A stretch of 64,000 bases of DNA from Pristiophorus japonicus. Its lineage: Eukaryota. Positions 38,430-52,045 of the stretch are shown piece by piece. Where the stretch lies: contig NC_091979.1 of the NCBI RefSeq assembly GCF_044704955.1, positions 141,980,001 through 142,044,000 on the forward strand, in the 5' to 3' direction. Numbering within the stretch: position 1 is the first letter of the stretch; each line of letters opens with the position of its first letter. Below the pieces are notes generated by a model. The model made no database searches. It saw only the letters and a list, made by a program, of their open reading frames with translations, and was not told the DNA's origin. Made by a program: the position numbers and the translations under genes.

Positions 38430-39270
38430 ACCCTCACTACCCGAAGGGGGCTCGGCATCGTCCCCGGCCACTGTACAAACTGGGGTGCCCATGAGGGCCG
38501 ACACTTGCTGCTCCACCTCGGTGAGCTCCAGCAGCTCCGGCTGACCACCTCCTGTTCGATGTTGCTCCCTTCTATTATGCCTGTGCTTGGTCTGCAGTAA
38601 AAGCAAGAAGGTTGTTTTGTAAGGGTCCATCTCTTCTTGTGCTACATGTGCCTTCCATAGTTCAATAGCTGCCGCTGTGTGGATATGCAAATGTCTTCAG
38701 TTCAATCTGTGTGGCTGTTGACTGAGGTTTTTCTAAGACTGGGAGGAGGTGAGAGGCAGAAAGCATAGCGGCTCAGGGTGCTGTTTGGAAAACACATATC
38801 AGTAGTGGGAGTGGAGTGCGAGGAGGCTTGACAATTATTGGGGGACAAGACGGTACGTGCATCCTGAATGCAGAGGAAATGGCCGGAGAAGTGAGCCTCC
38901 AGCTTTCTGCTGGATTCAACAACACATCATGGCCTGTAAACATTGAGAAGGCGCAGCTCCATCAAAGACATTGTGCGAGACAGTGATCTTGCAAGCATGG
39001 CAGGCCTACATAAATGTGAAGGGTTCTCACCCTGACGACCCTCATGAGGTCGTTGAACTTCTTGCGGCATTGTGTGCCAGTTCTGGCCACTGTGTCTGCC
39101 GCTGACACCTTCTGGGCAATCTCCTTCCAAATTATAAAGATGTTGGGCATGGGCCACCTTCCCACAACCAGATGGAGTGCAGGCCACCTCCTCTCAATGG
39201 CCTGCACTAAGGCCTCAGCAGCCGCTGGAGAGAATCGCCTAGCCCATTGCCTGCCCTCTTGCTACGTCAT
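38430..39270 (-). pseudogene. Harbinger Myb/SANT-like DNA-binding gene, two exons visible
   Basis: WKEIAQKVSA..RTGTQCRKKFNDL, GTGAGA donor at 39030, CTGCAG acceptor at 38592, then TKHRHNRREQHRTGGGQP. Confidence 0.8.
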
Positions 39271-39679
39271 CTCTCCCGCTGTGTTTGAAGTGGATCGGTC
39301 CATTTACACATGCGCGAAGGAAGCCGCCCCGCCCTAAAGTACCACCTGCGGCCGGGAAAATTGAAATGCGTCTGCGCATGTGCAAAACGTAAAACTTTTT
39401 TAACGCTGCACTTTTCAGCTGGGGTGCAAAAACTCCCTTGTGTAATGCCTGATTTTACGCTCCAGTCATGGAACCTCGTTTTTTGTCGAAATTTGCAGAC
39501 GAGGGCGCAAACATTTTCCAGGCGGTATCAGGACTGCCTCGTCGCCATTACCGCCCCGAAATCACACAAGCCAAAAATCCAGCCCCTATTTTCCTATTTC
39601 TAATCATAATCCCTGGTTATTTTGAGTACCTCTGTCAACTTTCCTCTTAACTTTCCTCTTAACTTTATTATAATGAAAA

Positions 39680-41475
39680 GATCTCTGGTCTCTCCTCATA
39701 GCTAAAACCTCTCAACACTGGTATATTAGTGAATCGCTTCTGCACACTCTCCATGGCCTTCCAAAAGTAAGGCCCCATAAAACAGTTTAACCCATGTTTT
39801 GTGTAGGTTTAGCATTCTATCTGCTTTGTACTCTTAACCTAGGGTTCCATATACTTTTTAACAGCTTTATTAACTTGACCTTTTAAAGATTTGTGCATTT
39901 GAACAATTAAGTTTCTACTTCTCTATTCCTTGCAAAATATTATCATTTAGTGAAAACTTCATTTCATTTTACTTCCCAAAATGGAGCACTTCACATTGCT
40001 GCCCATTAAGTGTCCTGTTGCATCTATCTGCACAATCTATTAACTTATACCCTCTTGAAGTCCTAGTCCTTTACACCATTAACCTTGCTGCCTTTTTACG
40101 CTGTCTGCAAATCTTAATATTGTGACCCGTATACCCAAGTCCAGTTCATTTTTTATTTGGTAGAACATTGGTCTCAACACGAACACCTAGGGGACACGCG
40201 TTTACATTCCTCAAGTCTGAAAATTACGCATTAACCACCAGTCTCTTTACTGTCTTTTAACCAGTTTCCTATCCATGCTGCCACATGTCCTTTAATCAGA
40301 ACATAAGAAATAGTAGCAGGAGTAGGCCATTTGGCCCCTCGAGCCTGCTCCGCCATTTAATAAGATCATGGCTGATCTGATCATGGACTCAGCTCCATTT
40401 CCCTGTACGCTCCCCATGATCCTTTACTCCCTTATTGCTCAAAAATCTGTCTACCTCCGCCTTAAATATAATCAATGACCCAGCCTCCGCAGCTCTCTGG
40501 AGCCGAGAATTTCATAGATTTACAACCCTCAGAGAAGAAATTTCTCCTCATCTCAGTTTTAAATGGGCGGCCCCTTATTCTGAGACTATGTCCCCTAGTT
40601 TTAGTTTCCCCTATGAGTGGAAATATCCTCTCTACATCCACCTTGTCAAGCCCCCTCATTATCTTATAAGTTTCAATAACATTACTGAACTCCAATGAGT
40701 ATAGGTCCAACCTACTCAACCTATCCTCATAAGTCAACCCCCTCATCTCCGGAATCAACCTAGTGAACCTTCTCTGAACAGCCTCCAATGCAAGTATATC
40801 CTTCCTTAAATACGGAGACCAAAACTATACACAGTACTCTAGGTGTGGCCTCACCACTACCCTGTACAGTTGTAGCAGGACTTCTCTGCTCTTATACTCT
40901 ATCTCCATTGCAATAAAGGCCAACATTCCACTTGCCTTCCTGATTACTTGCTGTTTCTGCATACTAACTTTTTGTGTTTCATGCACAAGGACCCCCAGGT
41001 CCCTCTGCACTGCAGCACTTTGCAATTTTTCTCCATTAAATTTTAATTTGCTTTTAATACTGACTTGAATACTATTGACAAGCCTCCTATGCTGCACCAT
41101 ATCAAACCCCTTTTGAAAATCCATTTCACAACCTTCTCTGCTTTTTTTTCTTCATCAATACATGACTATTTTCTCAAATAACTCTTATTATATTTTTCAG
41201 ACTTGACTTGCCTTTCACAAATCCATGCTGGCTGTCCTTAATTAACTCGTGTCTTTTGAATGAATATTAATTTTAGCCCATATTATGGCCTCTCGAAGCT
41301 TAACCACCACCACTGTTAGGCTGACAGGTCTACAGTTGGCTTATCCATTTCTTTCTTTTTGAACAAATGTGTTACATTGGCAACTGTTCAGACCTCTTCA
41401 ATAATATTTAATATCCAAGGATGTTTGAAAGATTATGGTCAGAGCCTCTACTACTTCCTCTCTGACTTTCCTCAG
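39680..41475 (-). mobile_element. Old CR1 RT remnant with a younger CR1 3' fragment (about 40299-41040) nested inside
   Basis: ORFs 40462-40788 and 40825-41124, AACATAAGAA tail at 40300, degenerate RT sequence on both sides. Confidence 0.75.
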
Positions 41476-41701
41476 TAGGTATGCCATCAATTTGTAATTG
41501 ATTCCTATCTCAATTTGATACTGGCCCAGTGAATATGCTTGTAGTCCACATAGCAAACACAACAAAAGCAAAGGTTTAAAGCATGTAACGGATTTTAAGT
41601 CATTTGAAATGTTTCAAAAATTAATACTCTTTCGTTTTTCAGCGCTTGCTCGCACCTTTTGTCTGTTGCTAATTTCAATTTAATGTCACTTACGTCTATA
41701 G

Positions 41702-41865
41702 GAACGACTGTGACTGTGCTCAAACTTTTTAAGAATATTCCTGTAAGAAAACAGTTTTACTCCACTGCCAAAAAATGCAAAGATGAGCTGAAAAAAGTTC
41801 AAGACCTCCTAATGGTATATGGCATAATAAAACCACAGCTCAGGATTATTTTCACACACAATAAG
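41702..41865 (+). CDS. PMS1: PMS1 coding exon (human exon 5 equivalent)
   Basis: (G)[54 protein letters not shown], with the MutL GTTV..LF.N.PVR motif. AG at 41700-01, GTAAGG donor at 41866, 164 bp, phase-compatible with the split Gly codon. Confidence 0.95.
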
Positions 41866-42659
41866 GTAAGGAAAAGTTATTTTGCATGTTTTTAATTGTT
41901 GGAGCATATGGACTCTTCTCAGTATCAGGGTAATAATCATAACATAACATGTGTTGCAAGCTTTAAAACATTGTCCTGTAATGAGAAGCTGTTGAAACCC
42001 AAGGTAATTTCCTTTTTTTTTGGGCCCATTTCCTCCTCTTCCCTCTGGAAAAGCACTTGGGATCTGCTTGCTACCTTCCACTGAAAGCATAGCCAAGATT
42101 GGGTGTGTTCTTTGTATGCATAATGCTGGCAGTGTTCTCTACTCAATGGTACAGCATGTTCGAGCATTCGTGTTCTTCACTCTTCAATTGTACGAGGACC
42201 TCTTTAGTAGATCATAAATTTCATGCTACAGTTCTGCTTATTTTTATTTGTTTTGTTTCACATTTTCATTGTTTGAATTACTGTACATTTTAGAAGATGA
42301 TTTCTGAAAATATTCTAAGATTACATAATTTCTATATTCAGAATAAATGCATCTGTTTTAAAGTTACAAGTTAAATTAAATTTGTGTATAAATTTTCAAA
42401 CTGGGGTTCTCAAATCCTAGGGTGTCCACAGTGTTCTCAGATTTCTGTATTTATTAACTTACTGACACACTAGGCCTGATTTTAACCTAACCCACACAGT
42501 AGGTATGGGGTGGGTTCAGGTTTTACACCTGCATGATTTTATGTCTCCATGTAATTTTCCAAGTTTTTAAGCCAACTTCGCTGTATTGAATTGCAACTTA
42601 TTCACAGCTGGAATGTCTTGGGTGGAAACTGCCTTGATCATAGCTAGCTGCCTTTCCAT

Positions 42660-43282
42660 TGGAGCAAGCCAGGGAGCGGAAGGAGCAGCGTGGCAGCCTG
42701 GCCAAGCAGGCTGAGCGGCCCCCGGCCTGCGAGCACCATCGGAGCAGGCCGGGGAGTGGAAGGAGCAGCGTGGCGACATACCACTCCAGGGAGAAACATG
42801 TGCTGGAACAGGAGAGCAATGGCAGTGAAGAGGGACGTCACCAAGATCCAGGTCGGCGATTGGTCAGGTACAGCAGGAGCAGCGATGTCAGGGCGAAGGA
42901 GCGGCGAGAGTTTGTAGAGGGATGTGATCGGGGCCCAGCAGAGGTATGAGTTCGGGGCCCAGAAGAGGCGAGGGCCCAGGGGCAGCACGGGCCAGCCCAC
43001 ACTGCGATATGTATGCGCACTAGGTCCATGCAGCAGAGCTGGTCTCCAGTCGTCTTGGTTAATCCTTGCCACTGGAACAAGACCGAGCTCTGTCAAGTCC
43101 GTGTGGTGGCTGGTGTGCAACGGCCACCACATGTTAAAAAAAAATCCACGCACAGGCATCTTCCACCCTTCAAGATGTAGTTTGGGACCTGGAATATTAG
43201 GTCCTTCATTGAAACACCTGTGAACTTCATGACGTGGAAGTAAGTCATCCTCGATTCGAGGGACTGCCTATGAAGATGATGA
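42660..43282 (+). mobile_element. Non-autonomous RTE-derived element (GC-rich head, RTE 5'-UTR-like body, RTE 3' tail)
   Basis: Ends GTGGAAGTAAGTCATCCTCGATTCGAGGGACTGCCTATGAAGATGATGA, the same kind of tail as the RTE copies in this window. No RT. Confidence 0.78.
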
Positions 43283-46200
43283 TTCGTGTTATTGTACCCA
43301 CTGTCATCCGCTCATATAGCTTGATGGTTGAACAGAGTAAAAATATTGGGTGGTAACTTTCTGCAGTGTTGGGACCTTTTAAGTGGTTTGAATATTGCAA
43401 CCACATTGGCCTGACTCCACAGCCTGGGTATCTGCGTTATCTCGTTATTATTGCAAAAAGTCAGGTAGTCACTTCTGTGCGCCAGTCCCGAAGTATAGTA
43501 ATAATTCACAAGATATACCATTGAATCCAGCTGCTTTTCCACATCTCAAGGTTTTCATACCTATTTTTACCTCTTAAATGTTGAGCTGTTCATTGCAGAC
43601 GTTGCTGTCTCTGGGAATCGAGCGGAGTTCCTTCTGGGTTTGATTTGTTTTGTTTTGTGCTTTATGGGCTGGTTTGCCGTTTAGAATGAGTTGGTGTGCA
43701 CCTTGGTTGGGAGAGATGGCAGTGATGCACTTTGATTGTAGTCCATCTGGGTATCAGCTTGCGAATGGTGGCCCATGCTTTTCAGCTATTGTGGCACTGG
43801 TCTATTGTTTCAATCATCTCCCTCCAGCGGTCACACCACCCCTTTCCAATCTCTCTCGTGAGCATTTCCCCGGGCCTAATGGTTTCTCACAGAAAAGATC
43901 CATGTCGAACAGATCTGGCTATCTCTTATATTGTTGGCTTGTTTGTTCTGAAAGCCCAGGCACATACAGGCTGCGATTTTGCTGACCTTGGTGGGTCCGT
44001 GGCGGATCCCGACCCCACTGCCGGCTCCATCCCGGCCTCTGAAAGAATTTCAATTGATGGGGCTTTTAAGCCTGCCCAGCGCGTTTCCTGACCAATTAGA
44101 GGAAGCGGGTCTGATGACATCATTTGATGGCGCATCATCAACCGGTTTCCTTAAAGGGACCATGTCCAAATTTATTTTGACATTTGTGCTGTCAGTATTC
44201 TATAGCATTGAGGTGCTGAAAACACTGACAAGCACTGCACAGAGGTGCAAGACTGCACCCAGGCTCTCCCATGATTCCCTCCATAAACTAATGGAGAGTC
44301 ACAACACGCAGGGAGGTTATCTTCCCTTCCCATGGGCAGATGACACCAATACAGCCTGGTTGCACATTGCACAGGAGGGCACAAGCAGTGATGTCGTCAG
44401 GAGGATCTGGGTGCAGTGGTGAAAACCTTTCAATGACCTCATTAGATCACGAAATGTTAGACCAAAGCCACACTCCTGCTGTGCCACGCATCACATCCCC
44501 ATCATTCTGTCTTCCCTCCCCTACTCCTGCACCTTCTTACTCACGCCAACTTGCCTTGCACCTCCACCCATACCTCTCTATCTGTATTATCATATCCCCA
44601 TCTCACTAGCCACCCCTCACACTCACACTAATCCTCATCCAAGTGCAATCATACCAACTAACAACATACAATGGTAGGCACTTGGGTGGTTTAGCCAGTG
44701 TTCATGTAAAGTTTCTATTAAAGTGCTGTCAAACATTGAAATCTTTATTTTCAACACTTTGTGTTCTTGGACAGATTTGTGTGCATCTTTGGAAGTGGCT
44801 TAGTGACTTGCTGTGAAACATAACGTTACTCCCCGCAATGGTAGTGAGTGTGAAAGGAATGGCTTGGGCATTGTAGGAATGCTTTATGTTGTTGGTGTGA
44901 TATGGCGCTGAGCACCTCGAATCTCATTGCCGAGAGCATGCAGAAATCAAGCGCAGGCAACGGAAAGAGCGGGCGGCAAACCTGTCCCACCCACCCTTTC
45001 CTTCAACGACCATCTGTATCACCTATGACAGGGACTGTAGCTCTCGTATTGGACTGTTCAGCCACCTAAGGACTCATTTTTAGAGTGGAAGCAAGTCTTC
45101 CCCAATTCCAAGGGACTGCCTATGATGATGATGATGAGGTATGGTGCCAACCTGGTGCATCATGTGGCAGCCAGGGTATACACCGTCAAGTGAAGTAAAT
45201 GTGGCCATGGTGAGTCCATCCCTGGCCTCCCAGGCAACAGTGTGCTTGGGTGCTTGATGCCCTCTGTCCGTGCAGCATTAGTTGATTGCAGAGAAGGTTG
45301 GTGTTGGTGCTGCTGGTGTGCCTGGTGCTGCTGGTGTTGGGGCTAATCGTGGTGGGATATTGAGGACCAAAGTCAGAGAGTATAAAGGGCACCCATGCTG
45401 ATGGAATAGATGGCAGGTGAAGTAGGGATGACAGAAGCAATCTGTCAGAAAGGTAATGAGGCCAGACTGGATGGAGGCAGCACGGTGAATCTGTTGTGGA
45501 AATGCAGTGAGGAAGAGCTTGTGGCTGAGGGAAGATATGTCTGTAAGGTCGGAGATTTTACTTGACATTTGAAGCTGTCAACTCATCAGCTGATTCAATG
45601 GCCATTGACCTCCTGCCTCAGTTTCACAGCTGTGGTCTAGCAACAGTGTGAAACCCATGGGCGAACTGTTAAATTCAAAAGCTAAGTTTAAAACCATTGT
45701 AAACAAGCCAATAATCATTTAACTCGGCTCCCCTGCCATTGCCTGTCGGGTCTGCTCAGCGCTGGCAGACCTGACATCGGGAAAGGTAAGTGTGCATGAT
45801 TTAATAGCGGCTTCCTGACCCGCTGTCAATCAATTCACATTTAACTACCGACCTGTCACCAATCCCGTTTGCTGAGCACCGGCAAAATTCCAGCCAAAGT
45901 GTCCAACATTTTGGACAGTCTTCCACACGTGGGAGACAAATTCTCCATAATACTCGTGTGTCATAATATTACAGGTGGATTCATCCAATTTAGAGGTAAG
46001 GCCTTCCCAGTCAGCCTTTCTGAAGTTGAATCCCAGCAAGTACTTTATTTTCCTGGGTTGAATTGCAACCTTTATAGTCACTTGCACTGGTCTACACTGT
46101 GACCTTGGGATCACTTCCATTACATACCTTCTGAAATTGCCTGCATTATCTGAGGCTAGGTTGGGTTGAGGTTGTAGTCCATCATGCACTTTGGGAGGTA

Positions 46201-46800
46201 TATTTGTCCTTGGGATTATAGAGCAAGGTTGTTTGCCACCACCCACTTGCCAAGTTCTTCAGCATTGTAGTCATTATTAGAGTATTCCCAGATGGTGTTG
46301 TAACTATTGGTTTTTGTCTGGCAACGAAAAGTTGGATGGCCAATCAAACTGTTCACCGGGTGATTTATAAACAAAATCTACTTCTATTTGGTTGAGTTCA
46401 ACCATGATAAGTTCTATTGTACCATGGTGTTGCACAGAAGTGTTTTCATCAGTCTTTGGTTATGCACAAGTATCATACTTCCATAGCTGTCGTTTTTGAT
46501 GTCCATACAGCAATGTTCATGCCAGGGGTATTTGATGCTGCTGTCTCTCTGTGTCTCTTGCAAGCACATGATATCTGCTTTCATGCCAAGAATGGATGAA
46601 AGAATGTTGGCCTTCTCTGCAGAGAATCCCTCCACATTGAAGCTGATATTTTTGAATGACATCTTTGGCTGAGGCCTTGAGGAGGGCCATTTATGCCGAT
46701 GTCTCACCTTCTCATCCGGCCTCGGTGCATGTTGTCAGATTTGATCTCTCCCATGCTTTCTTGCGATGGGAGATTAACAGGTGTCGTGACTTGAATGTAC
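43283..46800 (-). mobile_element. Degenerate Ingi/Vingi-like LINE (APE to start of RT), split by a Harbinger derivative
   Basis: ISFNVEGFSAEK..DIMCLQET (46414-46707), FNFRKADWEG (45845-46246), IPRLWSQANVVAIFKP (43312-43542). Clade assignment is from motif recall. Confidence 0.7.
43969..45895. mobile_element. Internally deleted Harbinger element with a Myb/SANT remnant; RTE 3' fragment (about 44905-45137) nested
   Basis: TIRs GGCTGCGATTTTGC and GCAAAATTCCAGCC. APRLSHDSL...AWLHIAQE...FNDL at about 44240-44450. Confidence 0.75.
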
Positions 46801-47059
46801 CTGACTCAACTCCATTTATAATAAGGATATTGATATTTCATATTATAGTCTCTTCGGTACCTTGCATGCTGTGTAATGCACAGTTCAGTAGTCAGCATCG
46901 GTGCAGTTATTTCTATTACATGAAACATTAGTTGAAGTACATCCTACTACAGGTATTTGTAAAATTCACAGCATCATGTGGAACATTGTTTGAGGGAAAT
47001 AATTTTATGGCTAATACTATGGTTATTTTAGCGATCTTTGAGTTGGACACATTGGACCC

Positions 47060-50000
47060 GATATTAATCTGAAGGCTGCTTCCGAACGAGGGTGGGTGCA
47101 ATTGCGTGGGTGAAACCCGGAAGTCAACTGTGGGTTGGAATCTGCAATCTTAACGCAATTATACCAATTAATTTTGACTTCCATGTTTTGTGTCTCCAAG
47201 CTGCACAGTGGACGTGATGTGCACTTCCATGATGTGATCTCAGCTGTATTTAAAGGGACAGTGTACAAATGGAAATTTGAGATGTTCAGAATGGATGGTG
47301 GACATAGAGCAAGGGCAGCACCCATATTTAATGACACGTCACTGGAATTGCTGGTGGGTGCAGTCAAGAGGAGGAGGGACATACTTTACCCAAGCAATGG
47401 GAGGAAGAAACCTGCTGTTCTCAAGAAGTAGGAGGTAGCTGAGGAAATGAGCAGCAGGAGCATTGTGCCCAGGTCATGGATGCAATGTAAGAAGCAATTT
47501 AATGACCTAACCAGGTCAGGGAAAGTATGTACATTTGCTGATTCAACTTCATCCTATGCTTTAAGCCTTCCCCTCCTCCCACCCCCCCCCCCCTTCACTC
47601 TCTTGCTAAGTGTTATCCATTAAATTACACCCACTCACCTTTCAGCTGCACCCAGCCCACACTTTCAATGCACTTAATCATCTCCCTATTTATCTATCCA
47701 GTGTTGACACTCATCCCAATCCTTATGCAATTTGATGCATTTGTCTCATCACTTACCGAATGCACTGCATCCATTGGGTGAATACCTCACCTTCACTCAC
47801 TCACTAGTCTGTTTTTTCACCCCTTGTAGGAAAAAAGAGGACAAAATGCAGCGGAGAGCGATAAGACTGGAGGTGGACCACCACAAGTAGACCAGTTCAC
47901 AGTTGTGGAGGAGGATACCCTGGAGATAAGTGACATCCGTCTCAGTTGGAGATGGAGAGACAGGGAGCGCGCAGATAGTTGATGACAGAATCACAAATAT
48001 CTCTTACACATATATTGACTTCATTTCATCAATGACTGATCTATGAGAAGACTGAGTATGGTGATTATCAAGATTGTAACTTTGCCACAACTAAATTATA
48101 TCCCTTTCTTTTGTCTTCCAGGGCCTTCACGCAAGTGTCACAGAACATCCATGAGTACAATTCCTCAGAGGACCTCATTCCTTCTGAGGGTGCACCACCA
48201 CAGGACCTACAGCCATGCACCAGCGCAGATGCTCACACTTCGGCGGTCCACTTACACAATTAGTTGGGTTTTCACCTGGTGATTCACATCTCACGAGTGA
48301 GTGTAAGCAGGTAGTGATGGCAGGCATAGCTGTGGAGAGTCCACGTCAGAGGCCACAATCCGCTCCAAGTTCTGCTCAGCTGGACACAGCGCCCGGGGTT
48401 CAGCAGCTATCATTGAAAAGGAGAATGCTAGAAGTGCAACAGCAACTTTGCGAGGTACTGACAGCTGTGCCGTGCAAACTCTGCATAATAGCAGAGAGGA
48501 TGGAGGAGTCCAACTTGATCGCTAGTGGATTGGTGGCACAGAGAATTGCAAGAATGCTTGCCTGCCATGGAGCGAGAGTCCGCCTCCGTGGAGCTTCAAG
48601 CAAGGCTTGAAATGAGTCCATGCAGGGCCATGACCACGGCCGTGCAAACTTTAGATGCCAATTTGACAAATACAACACGTCACTGATCTTCACCACCAAT
48701 CTGGTCTGCAGCAGAATGGTAGGAGTGATGTGCTGGCCCAGGATAGGGATGATCGTGAAAGTGGACATGGAAGTGGGAACTCCGCTCACAGTGATCTCAC
48801 TTCTCAACCGTTGCACCCCTCAGCCAGTACCCATCATGCTGATTCGTCTCACGATGGCCGAGTCTGCCCCTGCACAGGTGCAAGTGGAGCAGTCTTTGGC
48901 GGGCCTCTTGGGCTCCAAAACCCAGAGAACATGAGTCAAAAGCATCCCAGCAGTCAGGGCAAGGATATTAGCATCTCTACTGAAGCCACACAGGATGCAC
49001 CACGGAGATGCGCTAGGAAGCGTACGTTGAAGAAATTGTAATTCACCAGGGGTATGCACATGTGTGTTTGACAAAATATTATTTTAAGCTTTTTTTATAA
49101 TGCCACTTAAAACTTTAGTGATTTGCACCACTTCCATGTCTTACCCATTATTGCATCCCAAGGGCCAACTTGCCCTTTCACTTATTTTTTGATGAATGTC
49201 AATACATGACCAGACCCATTGGGCAGATAAGTGGTTGAAGGACTATTTGGTACAAAGGGAGAGAGTGGTTGATGCTGGTGGTGGGAGAAGACTGCAGGAT
49301 TTCATTTGTACTGTTTCACACTAGGTGAACCTTTGTGATATTAAGGCATCCTGGCATCCCGGGCAGCAATGTAAGCAGCTGGTCTGGTGATGGGGCCCAT
49401 CATCATCCTCCTCCTTTATGTTCTCCTCATCCGAAGATGAGTGATGAACTGCTTCGTCCTCCTTTACCTGCAATCGTTTCTGCTGCACGCTGTTGAACAG
49501 GACGTTGCACACCACTATCATTCTGGACACCCTGGCTGGTGAGTATTGAAGGGCACCTCCAGACCCATCTAGGCACCTGAGGTGCATCTTCAACATTCTA
49601 ATAGCTTGCTCAATGATGCTCCTGGTGGTCATGCGGCTCTCATTGTAGCATTTCTGTGCCTCATTGGTGGGGTTCCTCACAGGTGTCATGAGCCAAGTTT
49701 GAAGTGGGTATGCCTTGTCTCCCATGAGCCAGCCCTTAAGTCTGCTTCCTGGAACGAAAAGGTCTAGAATGATGGACTGCCGCATCATGCCGTATGAAGA
49801 CCTCATGACAGCTCCCAGGGAATCTGGTGCAGACCTACATGAATCACTTCTTGTAGTTGCACACCAGCTGTGCATTGATGGATAAATACCCCTTGCAGTT
49901 TATAAAAACTCCTGGTTGCTGTGCTGGTTCTCAGATTGCCACGTGTGTACTTTCACTGTCACCCTGTATGCGTGGGAATCGAGTCAGAGAGGTGATCCAA

Positions 50001-50085
50001 GTGCCCACTCATTCTGGCTATTGTCATCACAGGGGACATTTACATCATTGTCCCTGACAAGCAAGCCATCAGTGACCTGCCTTAT
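47060..50085. mobile_element. Second two-gene Harbinger element: spliced Myb/SANT gene (+) and transposase (-), truncated by CR1
   Basis: Myb-like reading from ATG 47291 (APIFNDTSLELLV...QCKKQFNDL). Transposase ORF 49321-49875 (GWLMGDKAYPLQTWLMTP, YNESR..TRSIIEQAI). TIRs not clearly seen. Confidence 0.82.
49321..50085 (-). pseudogene. Harbinger (HARBI1-like) transposase, C-terminal part
   Basis: GDKAYP and IEQAIRMLKM.LRCL motifs with an acidic tail. Confidence 0.85.
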
Positions 50086-51387
50086 GCATTTATTAGGATG
50101 CAAAGAGGCTGCAGAGAGATATTAACAAGTTGACTGAGTGGGCAAGAACATGGCAAATGGAATACAATGTGGGGAAGTGTGAAGTTATCCACTTTGGTAG
50201 GAAAAACAAATTGGCAGAATATTTGATGAATGGTGAGAGACTGGGAAATGTTTGCAATCAGAGGGACCTGGGTGTCCTTGTACATGAATCACAGAAAATT
50301 AACATGCAAGTACAGCAAGCAATTAGGAAAGCAAATGGTATGTTAGCTTTTGTTACAAAGGGATTAGAGTATAAGAATAAAGAAGTCTCACTACAATTGT
50401 GCAGGCCATTGGTGAGACCACACCTGGAGTACTGTGTACAGTTCTGGTCTCCTTATCTAAGGAAAGATATACTTGCCTTAGAAGTGAGTGCATGTTGGTA
50501 CAAACGACATAGGTAGGAACAGGGAGGATGTTCTGCTGAAAGAGTAGCAGGAGTTAGGCTCTAAATTAAAAGCAGGACCTCGAGGATAATAATCTCTGGA
50601 TTATTGCCCGAGCCATGTACAAATTGGCATAGAAGCAGACAGATCAGGAGAATTAATACGTGTCTAAAGGGGTGGTGTGGGAAAGAGGGGTTCCTTGTCA
50701 TGTGACACTAGCACCAGTTCTGGGACAGAAAGGAGCTGTACCGATGGGACGGGCTCCACCTGAATTGGGATGGGACCCGTGTCCTAGTGGAAAGGGTATA
50801 TAGGGAGGTGGCAACGGTTTGAAACTAGTAAGGGGGGGTGGGGGGGGGGGGGGTGGGGAGGGATCTACAAGAAAAATAACCAGCCTAAATATAAACAAAA
50901 TAGGAAAAGAGAGCATTGGAAAGAATAAAGTGAGGGAGGAAATTGATGGCAAGAGAATAAATAGAGTTATAGGGCAGGAGTCTAAACAGATGCTTAAACA
51001 TAAAGTGAGAGGAAATCCTATTAAAATTAAGTTAAACTGTACAACAATGCACACAGAGTCCAGTATAAAATTGGGGAGCTAGAGGCAATTGTGCATTGCG
51101 AGGAACCAGACACAGTAGGGATTACTGAGACATGGCGACAGAAAAATCAGGACTGGGAATTAAACATTGCAGGGTATAACATATTCAGAAAAGATAGAGA
51201 ACATAAAAGGGGAGGTGGAATAGCTGTACTTATAGCATAATGGCAGTAGAAAAAAGTGATACAACTATCACCAAGATAAAAATAAAATCCATATGGATAG
51301 AGATAATATAATAAAGGATCAATCACACTAATAGAGCAGTGTAGCTATTTAGGTAAAAATAAGCACAGTATGACAGGAAGGGGCACA

Positions 51388-52045
51388 GGACTAGACTTTC
51401 CTCTTCATTTTTGGCGGTTTTCTCAGCGGTATTGTTCCTTTTCGGCGGAAAATCACCCGCCGAAAGTTTCCACTTCATTTTTTAAAAGAGTTCCGCCAAC
51501 ATTGTCAAAATACCGCCGGGGAGCAGGCCGCCCACATGCACCTGCGTGCACCGCCAAGAAAACCGCCACAGTCCAAGTTTTGCCTCAGTGGTGACCTGTC
51601 GGCAAGATTGAAAAAACAGCCCATGAAAAGCTGCCGGAATAGGGCGGTAGGTAAGTACCCTGCAAAGAAAGGTAAGTTAAAGGTTTTTTTAATAATTATT
51701 TTAAAATTCTTTCACGATGATTAAGTTAAAAAGGGTCTTGAGAATGTTTTCTAAATTTTTATTTTTTGTTTCAATGAAAAAATATATTTAAAGTTTTTCA
51801 CCCCTCGCTTGGCCCAACCGCAGCCTTGGTCTAAATTTGAGTACGTACCACCCATGCTGGTTAAGAACCCCCCCATTTTGTCAAGGATCGCGTTTAACCA
51901 CCAAGAATCTACGTGCAAGATCCATTTTCTCGACGGGCAGTTTTTTCCCTTTTTTATAGAATTTTTCACCAGCGTTATTTGAAGAATCTTAGCGGTCTTT
52001 TTGGGCGGCAATCCAGCGGTGGGAGGCTTTAGGGAAAGTCTAGCC
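51388..52045. mobile_element. MITE, probably Harbinger-type
   Basis: TIRs CTAGACTTTCC and GGAAAGTCTAG, with a non-coding interior. Confidence 0.72.

Larger units (their letters stand above)
35903..39586. mobile_element. PIF/Harbinger transposon: HARBI1-like transposase (+) and Myb/SANT-like gene (-), convergent
   Basis: TIRs CTGGATTTTTGGCT and AGCCAAAAATCCAG. Both gene remnants are present. Confidence 0.88.
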
